A stretch of DNA of 64,000 nt. Origin: Perkinsus olseni. Taxonomy: Eukaryota. The position numbers were made by a program, and so were the translations under genes. The notes under the pieces are model-generated. The model was not told the DNA's origin. It was given only the letters and a program-made list of their open reading frames with translations, and searched no databases. Numbering within the stretch: the first letter of the stretch is position 1; each line of letters starts with the position of its first letter. This document shows, one piece after another, positions 51,801 through 63,219 of the stretch. The stretch spans positions 1 through 64,000 of the forward strand of contig JABANN010000125.1 of the NCBI GenBank assembly GCA_013115125.1, in the 5' to 3' direction.

Positions 51801-53422
51801 GGATCGTTCTTGGGCCTCACTTCCGGGTAGGCCTCCTCACGCCACATACTTCTACTAGCCATCACTAGCAGGGACCTCTCGGGCGTGCAAGGCTCGCTGG
51901 ACGCCTCTGGTATATCCAGCCTTGGCGGTGGGGACTCTCTCTTCGTTGACGGCGAGGATACTGCTGAGGATCGAGGGTCAGTCGTTGCCTCCTTACCGCC
52001 CGTAGTACTGACTACCTTGGTAGGTCTTGGATGGCCCATAAGGCAGCTTGCGTCTCAGCCGCCGAACAGGCTTTGTTTTCTCCCGATATAGCGTCGAAGC
52101 TGGGGTAAGTCTTTGCTGGGTTTCTGTTTTCTATGGCGCTTCTCAGTTTCATTGACCCCTTCAGCAGCTCGGCTGTCGGCGACATCAGCGGCAGTGCAGC
52201 TCTCGGAGGGAACCTCGCTCTCGGGGGCAGGGCACCACAGCGCACTGCCATAGGCTCTCTCTCACAGAGCGTTCGGATGCCCACGGCCGGAACCGCCGTC
52301 ATTGACTCGAGCTTGTCGGCGAGGCTGCGGGGCCTCTGCCTCTATATATCGAGGCTTGTCCGGCCCTTCTGGAAGACGCCACTGATGTCCCTCCAGGAGG
52401 TGCCTGTCTCAGGTGGGGTCTCATCACACATCTAGCCCAGAGTGAATAACAGACGGCTGTGTTGCTGTTAGGGGGGACCAAGCGGAGGCGACAGGACGAC
52501 GAGGGCCATAGTGGTGACACACAGACCGTGCTGCGGCCCGTCCTCAGTCTACGCCAGCGTCAGAGGGCTAAGCACACAGTCACTGGAGTAAGCGCGGCGC
52601 TAACCGAATCCTCCTAGGCAATATCTCTTGCAGATAAGTAGGCTCCTGGAGCAGTATTCAGCCGGCCTCTCGGACACGGGAGAGCTGCCCTGCCTGGGCC
52701 AGCTCATTACTCTGATGCAGGTTGCCAGTCAGGTAGGATAGCTCTCGGTTGTCGGTCAAAGTTGATCATTGATGCCGTCGTAGGGGCTCGAACTCCTGCA
52801 GCTGTTGGGCGAAGGTGGCGGGTCGAGGAGAGCTCAGGCTACTGCCGAGCTGAGGAAGCAGCAGGTAGTGGTCCCAGCGGCTCGTCGGCATCCCATCACT
52901 ACACAGACCGACACGCTAATGTCCATGAGAGACATGTACTTCAACACCACCCTGACGAACCCTGAAGTGTGCCGCCCTCTGGTTGCCAGTCTGATTCAAC
53001 TTGGTAAGGACAGTCTGCTGTCTCCAGTCGACAACACCGCGTTGCCTAGGTCTTCTGTCTGAGGGTACTGCTCGGAGACGATTCCCGGCGCTAGTCCCTC
53101 CAATGAGGAGCGACCTGCGACTTACGGTGCCGGAGACGAGCCAGGTACGGCAGCCCATTCCACACACTAGTCATTACTCCATTGCGTGTCTTTCAAGGCT
53201 CAAGCAGCCCTTCCAGATGGTCGAAGCACCAGACGGGACTCGGGGACGATGAATCTCACACCTGCATCGGATTCTCAGCAGGTGACGAATCTTCCCGCGG
53301 AGTACTCAACCACTCTGTGGGCCTTCAGGGATTCAGTACAAGTTGGGAGAGTATGCCGACCGCGGCCGACCGCTACGTCAAATGGACCGGGGTTAACCCG
53401 CCCGCTACAAGGAATGATGTAG
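48868..53422 (+). CDS. Nup155/Nup170-like nucleoporin (N-terminal propeller plus start of the solenoid), multi-exon
   Basis: MGVIS..ELGRQWKSRGSTVVIWD, VQVAFDPTRSLLYAL, LLAVLRGGTRVYM, LLRDFVTR..AVETAALIWQL and SLSARLRGLCLYISRLVRPFW match conserved Nup155 blocks. Confidence 0.75.
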
Positions 53423-55067
53423 GACTGAAGCTTCCTCAGCTGAGCTGGTGCGGCGGCTCATTGTCGGTCTCGGTCAGGTGCTCGGACGGTCGAAGGGTGC
53501 TGCCAATTCGCTCGACTTGTGGTTGAATAAGTCTCGCTAGCATTCGAGCCTGAGTTGATTGCTGCTCTGTTGATTCCCTGTGTTAACTCGCAACCACTGA
53601 CGTACGTTATACCGGTTTATTATCTTCCGTAAGATCTTGCGTTCGTGTCAATTGCCTTCACAACAATAGCGACATAAGACTCGCAGCATTGGATGGCACC
53701 GTACTGCGGGCCCTCGCTATGCTGCGACTTGACAGAGGATATGTTTCCGGTCGATGACGGATTTGTCGCAGTCATTCATTAGGTTTTCCTTCTGCTGCCT
53801 GTCCTCTTCGTTGCAGCGGGTCGCTCAGCCGAGCTATGTAGCAGCTACATTGTAGCTTTGACCTGTCCTTTTTTTGTGGTTTCGCTAGTGCTCGGTGTTG
53901 ACAACCGTTCCTCCATAGCTCGAAGCTCGTCGTCTACCCAAACCTATCCCCGTATATCTCGTTGGGATGCCCAGTTGGCAGTTGCCTCGAACAGAGGCTT
54001 GATACTCGCCTCTGTTGTCCCGTGTTCTCTCGGCGTGCTCAGGTTTGGGCCTGCACGAGAGCTTTTTGCTGGCTTCCGTTCAGCGGATAGACGAGTGCTC
54101 CATCGAGGTTAAACCCGTGAGATGCAACGCATGTTGCGCGCACAAAGGGACATCTCGAGTCACAAGTATTCAACGCTAACAGGCTAGTGCAAGAGCAACA
54201 TGCCTGAGCTCTATTCGATAATCGGTCGAGCAGACTGACGGCTCGCCTGACGTGTTCATTCTTGTAACCGAGTTTTTTGCGAGGTAATTTGTGCCTGTGA
54301 TCCGCGACCCTACGAGTTCGGTCTCCGGATGTCCCATTCGCTAGCACCACCGCACAGTGTCGCGCCCGTCGACTCATCATTGCTTCCTGGTGCTGTATCT
54401 ATAAATGCCCCCTCCAACGGCAGTAGATGGTGTGATGGACAATTTGCGGCCTTCGTATGCTCTATGCCCACCGTCTTTCTGGCTGGCTCACCCGACAACG
54501 GTGATGATGTCGGTCAGTCGTTGTGTTTGGCGTGGAAAAGTGGCGCACAAGTTCATGCGTGGAGCTGGCCCGCACAATGTGACGGGATCGATTATGCTGT
54601 AGCGGGAAATATCCCAAACTCGGGAGATTAGACTTTCTCTGCCTCGCATCAGTTACTAATGTCGAGTTGCACTTTACTACCCAACCCCGATTGGCGGGTG
54701 TACCATAGCCTTCGGCATAGTTTGCCTTCGCTGTCGTCGTGAGCACCCGATTCGCTGGCTGTTGTCTCGAAGTCCTGTGGACCTCACCGGCTCCAGTGAG
54801 GTACCGTACCTTGCCCTATCTTGGAACCTGAGGTTTTAACCATTTATAGCGTTTTCGCTCGCGGCACGTGGGTTGATCGATGGCAGAAACGCTCGGTATT
54901 CCGGAGAGTCCTTTGTGTTGAGCCTCTAACCTGTCTAGTTGCTTTGAGTTGTAGCTCACTCGTTCGATAAGTGTCGGTAAGTCGGTTGGTCGACAAAAAC
55001 CATCAACTCGAGCGCTCGGTGGCGCAGGTGATGACTACTGCAATATTTAAGGCAGATTCTTTTGGAT

Positions 55068-55274
55068 ATGGCTAGGAAGTATCTCTCAGTGATCGTGATC
55101 TTGTGCTTGTCCCTGTCGTGTGGCGCTGAGCCGCTCCTTGGACATCTGCGTGCTCTAGGCGACCCGAGCTCAACCACCTGTCCGATGCGTCACTGTGGAT
55201 CTTGCGAGCCTCAGTGTGAATGTGTCTTCAAGGATGCTCATTGGAACGAGTGTGTATGCGGGTGCCCTTATTGA
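55068..55274 (+). CDS. Small secreted 8-Cys peptide precursor (CEPQC...CPY family), copy 1
   Basis: MARKYLSVIVILCLSLSCGA|EPLLGHLRALGDPSSTT CPMRHCGSCEPQCECVFKDAHWNECVCGCPY; intronless. Confidence 0.85.
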   Translation: MARKYLSVIVILCLSLSCGAEPLLGHLRALGDPSSTTCPMRHCGSCEPQCECVFKDAHWNECVCGCPY

Positions 55275-55734
55275 CCGCTTCAGTTCCGTCGGTCGGTCGT
55301 TCGGCATGGTCGCAAGCAGCGGCTTTTCTGCAGCCGAGCGTTTCTTGAACAGTCATTATCAACTTGTGTAGCTCTCTTTCGAATCGGTGGCCTGCTCTTG
55401 TCGTCCGGTGCCCGACGCTTAACAGTTCGGCAGCCATAGTCGCATGGACTGTTATGTCCTCTCCGTGCTTCTACGACGATCGCGTCTCTCGATTGTAAAA
55501 CGGTGTCCAACTTGGCAAGACCAAGTCTATTGTAGATGCCACCGCGAGAGGCCGTAGTGGTCCTTGTTGTCTACAGGTTTCGGCATCATCATCCTTAGAA
55601 ACATTTAAATTATCCTGATCGCCTGATTATCCTGATGCGCTCACTCGTGCCAGCACTCGTGAACGCCTCGTGTGCACAGTGGATCAAGAGCAGGGCAGGC
55701 GTACTGAAATCATCATGGGCAGGTTCTTTTGAGC

Positions 55735-55938
55735 ATGGCGCTAACCTATCTCACTTTGATCAGCTCCCTCGGGTTGCTCGTGTTGTCTGGCGGCGAGCAG
55801 TTCTTTGGGCGCCTTCGAGGCCTCAGCATTCAAGCTCACTGTGATAGATATTATTGTGATCCAACTTGCGAGCCTCAGTGCGATTGCCTCTTCGTAGAAG
55901 CTCCCCATCAAGACTGCTTATGCCAGTGCCCTTACTAA
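55735..55938 (+). CDS. Small secreted 8-Cys peptide precursor, copy 2
   Basis: MALTYLTLISSLGLLVLSGG|EQFFGRLRGLSIQAH CDRYYCDPTCEPQCDCLFVEAPHQDCLCQCPY. Confidence 0.85.
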   Translation: MALTYLTLISSLGLLVLSGGEQFFGRLRGLSIQAHCDRYYCDPTCEPQCDCLFVEAPHQDCLCQCPY

Positions 55939-56877
55939 TTGCTACAGTTCTCTTGGTGTATTCGACGTAATTCTCTATTGGACATGTTGCTCTACATCTG
56001 CCGAGTATGGTAATGAATCCGATTTAATCAGATCTTCGTTGATTATCGACTGGAGCAGTCGTCTTTCTATTCGGTTCATCCCATTATTTATCTATTGTCG
56101 GCTAGCTGTTCGACGGTGACACTAATGCCTCCACGGTCATCCGTGTTCCCATGTTGATTCCAATTCTGTTCACGGAGTGTACGTGGCCTAATTCGGCTGG
56201 AGCTATTTTGTTGTACATGCCGTTGTTAGAGCCCGTATAAGTCTCCGTGATGCTTTAGTTTCGTGATGGTTGGCAAGTCTCTGAAACTCGCTCCAACGCG
56301 AAGGTCTGTATAACATTCTTCGGCGCACAGCGCGAGGATTTCTCCTTATCTCCCGAGCGATTTGCGCTGAATGGGAGTTTGAAGGATCTAACTCATAACT
56401 TCTCGAGAGTCGCGAATTCCGCTGGAGGGAAACCCATAGACGCTGAGGTTGGGAGAGGCATACGCGAAACCAGAACCCGAGAGAGGGGACACCAGGTGTC
56501 CGACACCTCCTCGAGACCGGATTCGCGAATGCAGACCCGGGAGTAGCTAGGGTAAGGAGATTACGTCAAGACCATGAAACTCCAAAACCCCGAGCCACTC
56601 CGGGCCCCCCAACGTCAAGGGAATGGGAGGGATGGGAAAGAGCTATAACACTTCTTTGCACATTCACCAACGCCTCCATATATTACGCCACGACTAGCTC
56701 ACTAGCCAGTCATCGGGTGCCACAGCCCGCACAAACTTTCGCGCTCGCCCGAGCCGCACACACAAGCGTGAACCTACTCACTTAGAACCACAGCTAGAGG
56801 TTTCCCCCACAAGAAATCGTTCCGCATTTCTCTACGATAGAAATCGCCTTCCCGAGTGTAGTTCCACTGGGTTGGTC

Positions 56878-56926
56878 GTGTGGAGAGAGTGTGAATGGTA
56901 GCCTACCATTCACACTCTCTCCACAC
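56878..56926. repeat. Perfect inverted repeat, 24-bp arms with 1-nt spacer
   Basis: GTGTGGAGAGAGTGTGAATGGTAG-C-CTACCATTCACACTCTCTCCACAC. Confidence 0.95.
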
Positions 56927-57477
56927 CATTGGTAGGGGAGGCTATCGAAGGGATGAAACCATCAGGGAAGTCTTTTCACGATTTTTTTCATCTCGGACCA
57001 TCGCAAGCACGTATGGAGGCTTGTCTTTCCGAACTTACCCGCCTGGGACAATTCTTCGCTGATGCTGATGGGGCAATGACGATGTCGGCCAGCCGATGAT
57101 GCAACTGACTCCGCCTGGGGGCCCCCCTAGGCGATTTCCTCATTGCCAGCACGCTGGTGGCCAACGAGAACTGATTGGCCTACTCAGGCGCGTGCTCGGA
57201 TGGCTTGAGGGCGGCACCCTCAGGCCGCAAACTAACTCGTGGTTGGATAGATTTCGGCAGAACCTCGCAGTGAGTTGATTGCCCGTAGGATGATATGAAA
57301 AGCCTAATAGTCCGAAGACCTATCCGAGTGCTTTTTGTTTCCGGGTGTCGACCCGCGGAAGATTAGTCGGGTACCGTGTCCGAGTGGCGAATTCTCACAA
57401 CTTATTTAGTTTTTTGGTGCTCTTTATTTGGTACCGATTTAGAGCACCCCGTCGCGGGGCGCCCCGAAACTGATCGA

Positions 57478-59023
57478 GTAGTGCGCATTATTCCATCATA
57501 TTCCACCAGCGAGTTCATCGCACACCACGACACTTCGGAGCAGGGCGATGTAAACGGCTCACGACTCCAATTTCGGCTTCACCTAGGATTGTTGCATCAA
57601 ACAGACTTCGGGCTTAGTTCAGCTGTCATTCCAGTTTGATATAGATGACAGTCCTCTGAATGAAACGTGGTAGCCGTACGGTCGAGAAAATCTTATGCGT
57701 AGGCCTCCGTTTCCTGACTTGCATGTGGTGCAAGGCTCCTTCGGCCCCGAAGCTGTGGGGTGCGCCATTGCCGGAGATCTCAAGACTCTGGGATGCTGCT
57801 CAGTCTTTCAGAGCGACCGTGCACACAAGAACGTGACATTTTGAGACATTGTCAGCATACCAAATTACCATGGCCGGCCAGTTAATGTGACATCAATGAT
57901 GTAAACGTGCTCCCTACATGGTTGTAGAACATGGTTGTCCCTCCCTCGGGAGGGCATTAAAGCCAAGGTAACCACTCGCAGTCTCTCCATCGAGAGCTGA
58001 TTCGAGATCCCCGATAAAACTCGCGTTCACTGAGATTTTTACCTGACTCTTAGCACAAGTCGGAGAAGCTGGAAGATGCTCGAGGGATTGAGAGATATCT
58101 CATTGAGTCAAAAAGTTAAAGGCGAGAGCGCAGTCATGCCCTTCTGAGCGAAGCTTCAGAACTTGTTGACTCTTACAATAGTCAATCTGTCAGGATGATT
58201 GAAGCCATCAGCCGCTCGCAACCACAATGTCATCTACAACATACAACAGATCTGGCAACAGTATTTGCAGTTGCAGATGAGAGTTGAGCGGGCCAGCACT
58301 CGAGGAGGGCCAACCGAAGGGAGCCGATGCCTGGCCCCCCCCTGCCAGAGCAATTGTTCAAAGAATGATGGGATGACAAACGAATGAATGAAATGATCTG
58401 TTGAGATCGCCACGACTATGCTAACGCCTTAGACTTTGCTGGTGGTTAGGTTGAATAGTCCGGCGAAACACCATCAACTAATACGGGCATGAGCATACGC
58501 ATTTACGTCCTTCAATAATACATTTACACTGCGGCTCGCAACCTCCACTCTCTATTATGCAGTACTGCATTTGGCAGAATGGTTTGGCGCTCCCGAGCGT
58601 AGGAGAGGGGGCAAGGAACCACTCGGCGCTACACAACAGGGTGAACGGGACGATGCCGATCAGCAGGTGATAGAATTGAGCCATCAGCAATGGCCAGTAT
58701 CAATGACTGAACAACCATACAATTCTAGCCTCAGAAAAGTTAATACCATCTTTGAAACAAATCGAAAACTCTCCTCAGCGAGACTTTCACGGCAACCTCG
58801 GGCTTTCGTGCGTGCTCATCAACCGGAGTGTCACACTTAGTGGTTACGTATTGTGTCAGATCAGACCGACTCATTTTGAGTGCATCAGTATGGACTTAGC
58901 TTTCCTAGTCACCGCTATCTAGGCTGAGCGGCTGACGAGATCTATTCTCGCATAGTTGGTGATAGTTGCGCTGTCTCTCAACCAACTATTGCTTCTTACC
59001 CATTTGCACGCATACGCAGACGA
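57478..59023. repeat. Segmental duplication unit A carrying peptide copy 3
   Basis: Collinear similarity to 61000-62533 and 63220-64000, e.g. GTTTGATAxAGATGACAG, GAGATATCTCATTGAGTCAA, GAGGAGGGCCAACCGAAGGGAGCCGATGCCTGGC. Confidence 0.85.
58478..58684 (-). CDS. Small secreted 8-Cys peptide precursor, copy 3
   Basis: MAQFYHLLIGIVPFTLLCSA|EWFLAPSPTLGSAKPF CQMQYCIIESGGCEPQCKCIIEGRKCVCSCPY. Confidence 0.85.
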   Translation of the reverse strand: MAQFYHLLIGIVPFTLLCSAEWFLAPSPTLGSAKPFCQMQYCIIESGGCEPQCKCIIEGRKCVCSCPY

Positions 59024-60999
59024 CTCTCTGTGTCTCGCGAAGCGACAGTGTCGCTGCGACACGGACACGGATACGGACCCCAGATTGAGAACTCAGTTGA
59101 CAGAGTCAGAGGCTGCGACGCAGCTATGCACAGCTTGAGAACTAGTCTTCCTGCTGCGGCCGGGCACGTCCAGCAGGTTGTTATGCCGTCGAATACTTAA
59201 CCTCGGATTTGACAGGTTTGAGCGGCTCAAATTGAGCCACCTTACAGCAGTTGGCTGCCTCGCGGATCCGATGAGCGGTGAATCGTACATCGCTTTAGTA
59301 CATTCCAATTACGAGTTTCAAAGACTTTACCCCCGTCAGTTCCTCGCTCAGCGACTGCTTCAGGCGGGGAAAGTAATCAACGCCGTTAGAGCGGGTTTAC
59401 AGAGTGCTGTCGTATCTCCAAGGCTTCCGTCTCCCGAATTGAGCTACATTCTCGGGATCAGTTGCGCATGGAGGTCCTTCCGTGAGGCAGGCGCATCACA
59501 CAGAGCAGAATAGCGTGTGTAGGGTTTCATGCTGTAGGTTCGTACCTTATTCACAGTTTGAATTTCAAGTAAGGTTTCGTGGTTCTGTTCCTACCTTCTG
59601 GCCGAGCGGAGATGATCCAGCGCAATGCGCTGCCACATAGTATATGCGCTCGGCGCATATACTACGTGGCAGCCAGATTTTTGTGAGAAGTTCCCAAATC
59701 GTTAACTGTATCTTGCCACTGATATTAGAGACACGGCGGAACAGCTGGACTGCGTGCTGTCGCCCAAGTGCCTTGAAAATGTGTACAGCAGCCTTGACAA
59801 TCTTCTGCCGATTCAAGCGAGATACATCCTTGCAATATCCTCGGAAAAGTGAGCCTGTCCCCGAAACTTAGATGATACCCCACACGAAACTTGTGTAGTG
59901 TAGAGTGGTGCAAACATTGGTCCGTGACGCGCTCGCCCAGGTGGCTAGTGACTCCTAGCTATACCTTAGCTCCGTACTGATATGGTCTGTAATCTGTCAT
60001 CGCCTGTCCGTTGTAGTGACCAGCGGCGTCAACCATTGTACGTGTGTATCTGTTAGTTTGGTGAGCGTGCTGGCTCAATTTGCCCACCCTCTGCCACCCG
60101 GGTAGTTTTACTGTCTGCATCTGGACGTGCAATCCACAGCTGTCGGTGGATGGCAGTCCGATGGCCCAGATTTGATCGGCAGGGCGGGACGAGTCGAGTT
60201 GACGAGTTTGGGGTGGGAAGCTGCGATCGGGCCTAGGTTTGCAATTCACCAGTCCCTGGGCCAGGGTAGGAAGCTATACTGGCTCACAGCAAGTCTCGCA
60301 CTCATCAGTCAAGCACTCCGCCCGCCGTTGCAACCCAGACGGCGCCACCCCGCATCTGTTTCCAGATAAGAACGGGTCAATTGATCGCTCGGCGATGAAG
60401 GCAATAGGCCTCGGAGTCATTTCAACCCTTGGACAATCGATTCCCTTTCTGTATGGTCCATTAGCCTCGCTTCATAAAAGGAAACTTTATTCTACCTAAC
60501 GCTCGTTATCCCGCCGGGCGAGCGCCTAACTTGTGAGAAAGACTCCCCCTTACAGGTGGCTTTCAACTAAAGCAAAGGCAGACGTATATCTCGGCAAAAA
60601 CTGCGATTGATGATGCCCAACCGTGGCCACCCCTCACCAGAATGAGCGGGAACTTCGAGGAAACAAATATTGAGATTGAACTCTACCTTGAAGTGAACGC
60701 CGCACTAGTCCGTTATCAACAAAGTCCGAGCGTAGTCGGGCAGAGACATGTCGATTGCCCGTAAAATATGGAGGGAGCTCGACTCGGACGACCGACTGAA
60801 TCCCTTTCGTGGCCGACTGTCGAGCGGGGTGCTCGGGAATCACCGGTGCAGAGGCAGGCAAAGGTGAGACAAAAAGGGGACGCGAGTGACGCTCGGGCAC
60901 GATGGCATCTGTTCCGCCTTATTGTTGTGAAAAATGAGGAATTTCGCTGGGAAAATCGCACCATTTGAGGTGTATTTGCGTAGATTTCTCAGCTCAAGC

Positions 61000-62533
61000 T
61001 GCTCGAACCATCCTCCCTGAGGATGAGTGAGCCATGGAATATCCCCCTGTCGGTCACGATGGCACCGTCACCCAGGATGGTTGCTCCACCCATACTTCGG
61101 GCGGCTCTGAGCAGTTATTCAAGTTTGATACAGATGACAGTTGTCTACATCGAGCCACGTGGTAGCCGTACGGGCGAGGAAATCTCATGCGTTTACTATT
61201 AACTTGATAGTATTAAGAGCACGCAGCAATTGTTACATGAGGAGTTTCGTGACAACGACACTTGAGGCTCCTTCTTGTCCCTTGCATGCTGTGCGACTCT
61301 TGGATGCTTTGCCGGTCTTTCGAAGCGGCCATGCACACAATAACGTGACATTTCGAGAACTCTTCAGCATGGTAGACTAGCATAGCCGGTTCGTTAATGT
61401 GGCATCAGGAATGTGAACGCACGTTTAGCGTGCTCCCTAGAACCTGGCTTTCGATCCCTCGGGAGGAGATCCAAGCCACAGTTATCGCTCCTCCTAGTTT
61501 CTCCATTATGCGTTAGTTCTCCGCTTATTCACTAAGTTCATCGCCAGACTCAGTGCAAGTCGGAGGCGCTGGGAAACGGTGAACTTCATCGGGTGAAGGA
61601 CTGAGAGATATCTCATTGAGTCAAGAAATTGAATAGCAAGCGTACAGCCATACCCTTGCGAACCCTTCCGAAACTTGTCGACTTCCTGTGTAATCAATCA
61701 GTGGGGAGGGTTCAAACTATCAGGCTCTTGCTATCACGATTACATCTACAACGTACAGCAGAATCGGCAGCAGTATTTAGTGTTGTAGATGAGCGTCGAA
61801 CGGGCCAGCACCCGAGGAGGGCCAACCGAAGGGAGCCGATGCCTGGCTCCTCCTGCCAGAGTGATTGTTCAAACAATGATGGGATAATGAATGAATAATC
61901 GGTTGAAATCACCGTAACTGGGCTGACGCCAAAGACTTAGCCGACGGTTAAGTTGAATACTAGGGCGACACACCATCAACTAATACGGGCATAAGCACAT
62001 GCATAAATGACTTACATCAATGATACATTTACACTGCGGCTCGCAACCTCCAGCGACTTCTTTGCAGAGCGAGCTCGGGCAGGGTGAGAATGTAGGGAAG
62101 GGGGGAAGGAACCTCTCAGCGCCAGATAGCAGGGTCAACATGACGGTGCCGATCAGCAGGGGATAGAAGTGGGCCATGAGCGACGGCCTGTGTTAATGAC
62201 TGGACAACTTTGCGGTTCTAGACTTGAAAGAGTAAATGCCACTCCTGCGAAACATCAAAAACCGCCCTCATCGAGACGTCCTCGGCAATCCCGGGCTCTC
62301 GTGCGTGCTTGTCAACCGGAGTGTCACAGGCTGTAGTTACGTATTGTGTCTATTCAGACCGGCGCATTTTGATTGCATTAGGGCAGAGTTAGGTTTCCTA
62401 GCAATTGCTAGTCTTAGCAGCGGACTAGAGCTACCCTAGCATAATTGGGTATAGACTACAACAAACTATAACTGAGCTACGCTGTCTCTCGATCAGCTGT
62501 GCTTCTCATTATTCGCACGCATATACAGACAAC
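61000..62533. repeat. Segmental duplication unit B carrying peptide copy 4
   Basis: Collinear with unit A on both sides of the CDS; shares CTCGAACCA..GATGAGTGAGCCATGGAATATC with unit C. Confidence 0.85.
61980..62177 (-). CDS. Small secreted 8-Cys peptide precursor, copy 4
   Basis: MAHFYPLLIGTVMLTLLSGA|ERFLPPFPTFSP CPSSLCKEVAGGCEPQCKCIIDVSHLCMCLCPY. Confidence 0.85.
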   Translation of the reverse strand: MAHFYPLLIGTVMLTLLSGAERFLPPFPTFSPCPSSLCKEVAGGCEPQCKCIIDVSHLCMCLCPY

Positions 62534-63219
62534 TTAAGATAGGACGATCTGCCTGCCCTGTTGGCCAGTCTTCTTTTGCTGCGATAAATCGATTGCTCGT
62601 TATATTGATATGTGTAAATCGACTCCGTTTGGTCATCATCAGCTACCTCTTCATCGTTGAATGTGCGACCCTGCCTGTGCGAAGTAGACAGTATTTGGAG
62701 GCCATAGCTAAGTACAGTCTTAAGCATAGCTAGTACGTGTATGTGTCGAAGGCTCGGTTACAAGTGCAGCCTTTCGAGAGTTATGATCGGCACATCTGCC
62801 AACCTTGTCGGCCGTTGCTCAAGTATAATCTTCTGTATCTGCCTTTGGCATTATGTTGCCAGAGCTATTGTCATCGACTACCTACAGTTACTGTAGGTAC
62901 AACACTGTAGTGCAGTATCACCGGGTCACCCGGGCACGACTCTGTGTGTCCCGAGGAGCCTCTTGACTAGTAGTTGCTGGTGGAGACCCATGAGGTAAAA
63001 GCAAGCCACCGTACACGGTGCAAGACTATTAGTTTGAGATCTGAGAAGTTCCATACAGTTGCAATTCTGAAGACGTCCGAATCATATTGAGGCGACATTG
63101 AAACTTCTTCTTTCTACTCTTCGTATGTTCCGTAGGAGTTCTTATACTGGATGATGCAGTGGCACTGTACCTCTGGCAGAGCTGTACTGCAGAATCATGC
63201 TTAGGGTTTTCAGCCCAAG

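Noticed and set aside
54329-54631. Cys/Trp-containing ORF upstream of peptide copy 1 as another family member
   Set aside because: No signal peptide, no CEPQC or CPY motif and no recognisable domain.
55068-62177. Horizontal transfer of the peptides from mussel myticin/mytilin genes
   Set aside because: Only a loose Cys-spacing resemblance (C-x4-C-x3-C start, CxCxC end). The full pattern and precursor layout differ, and I cannot run a search.
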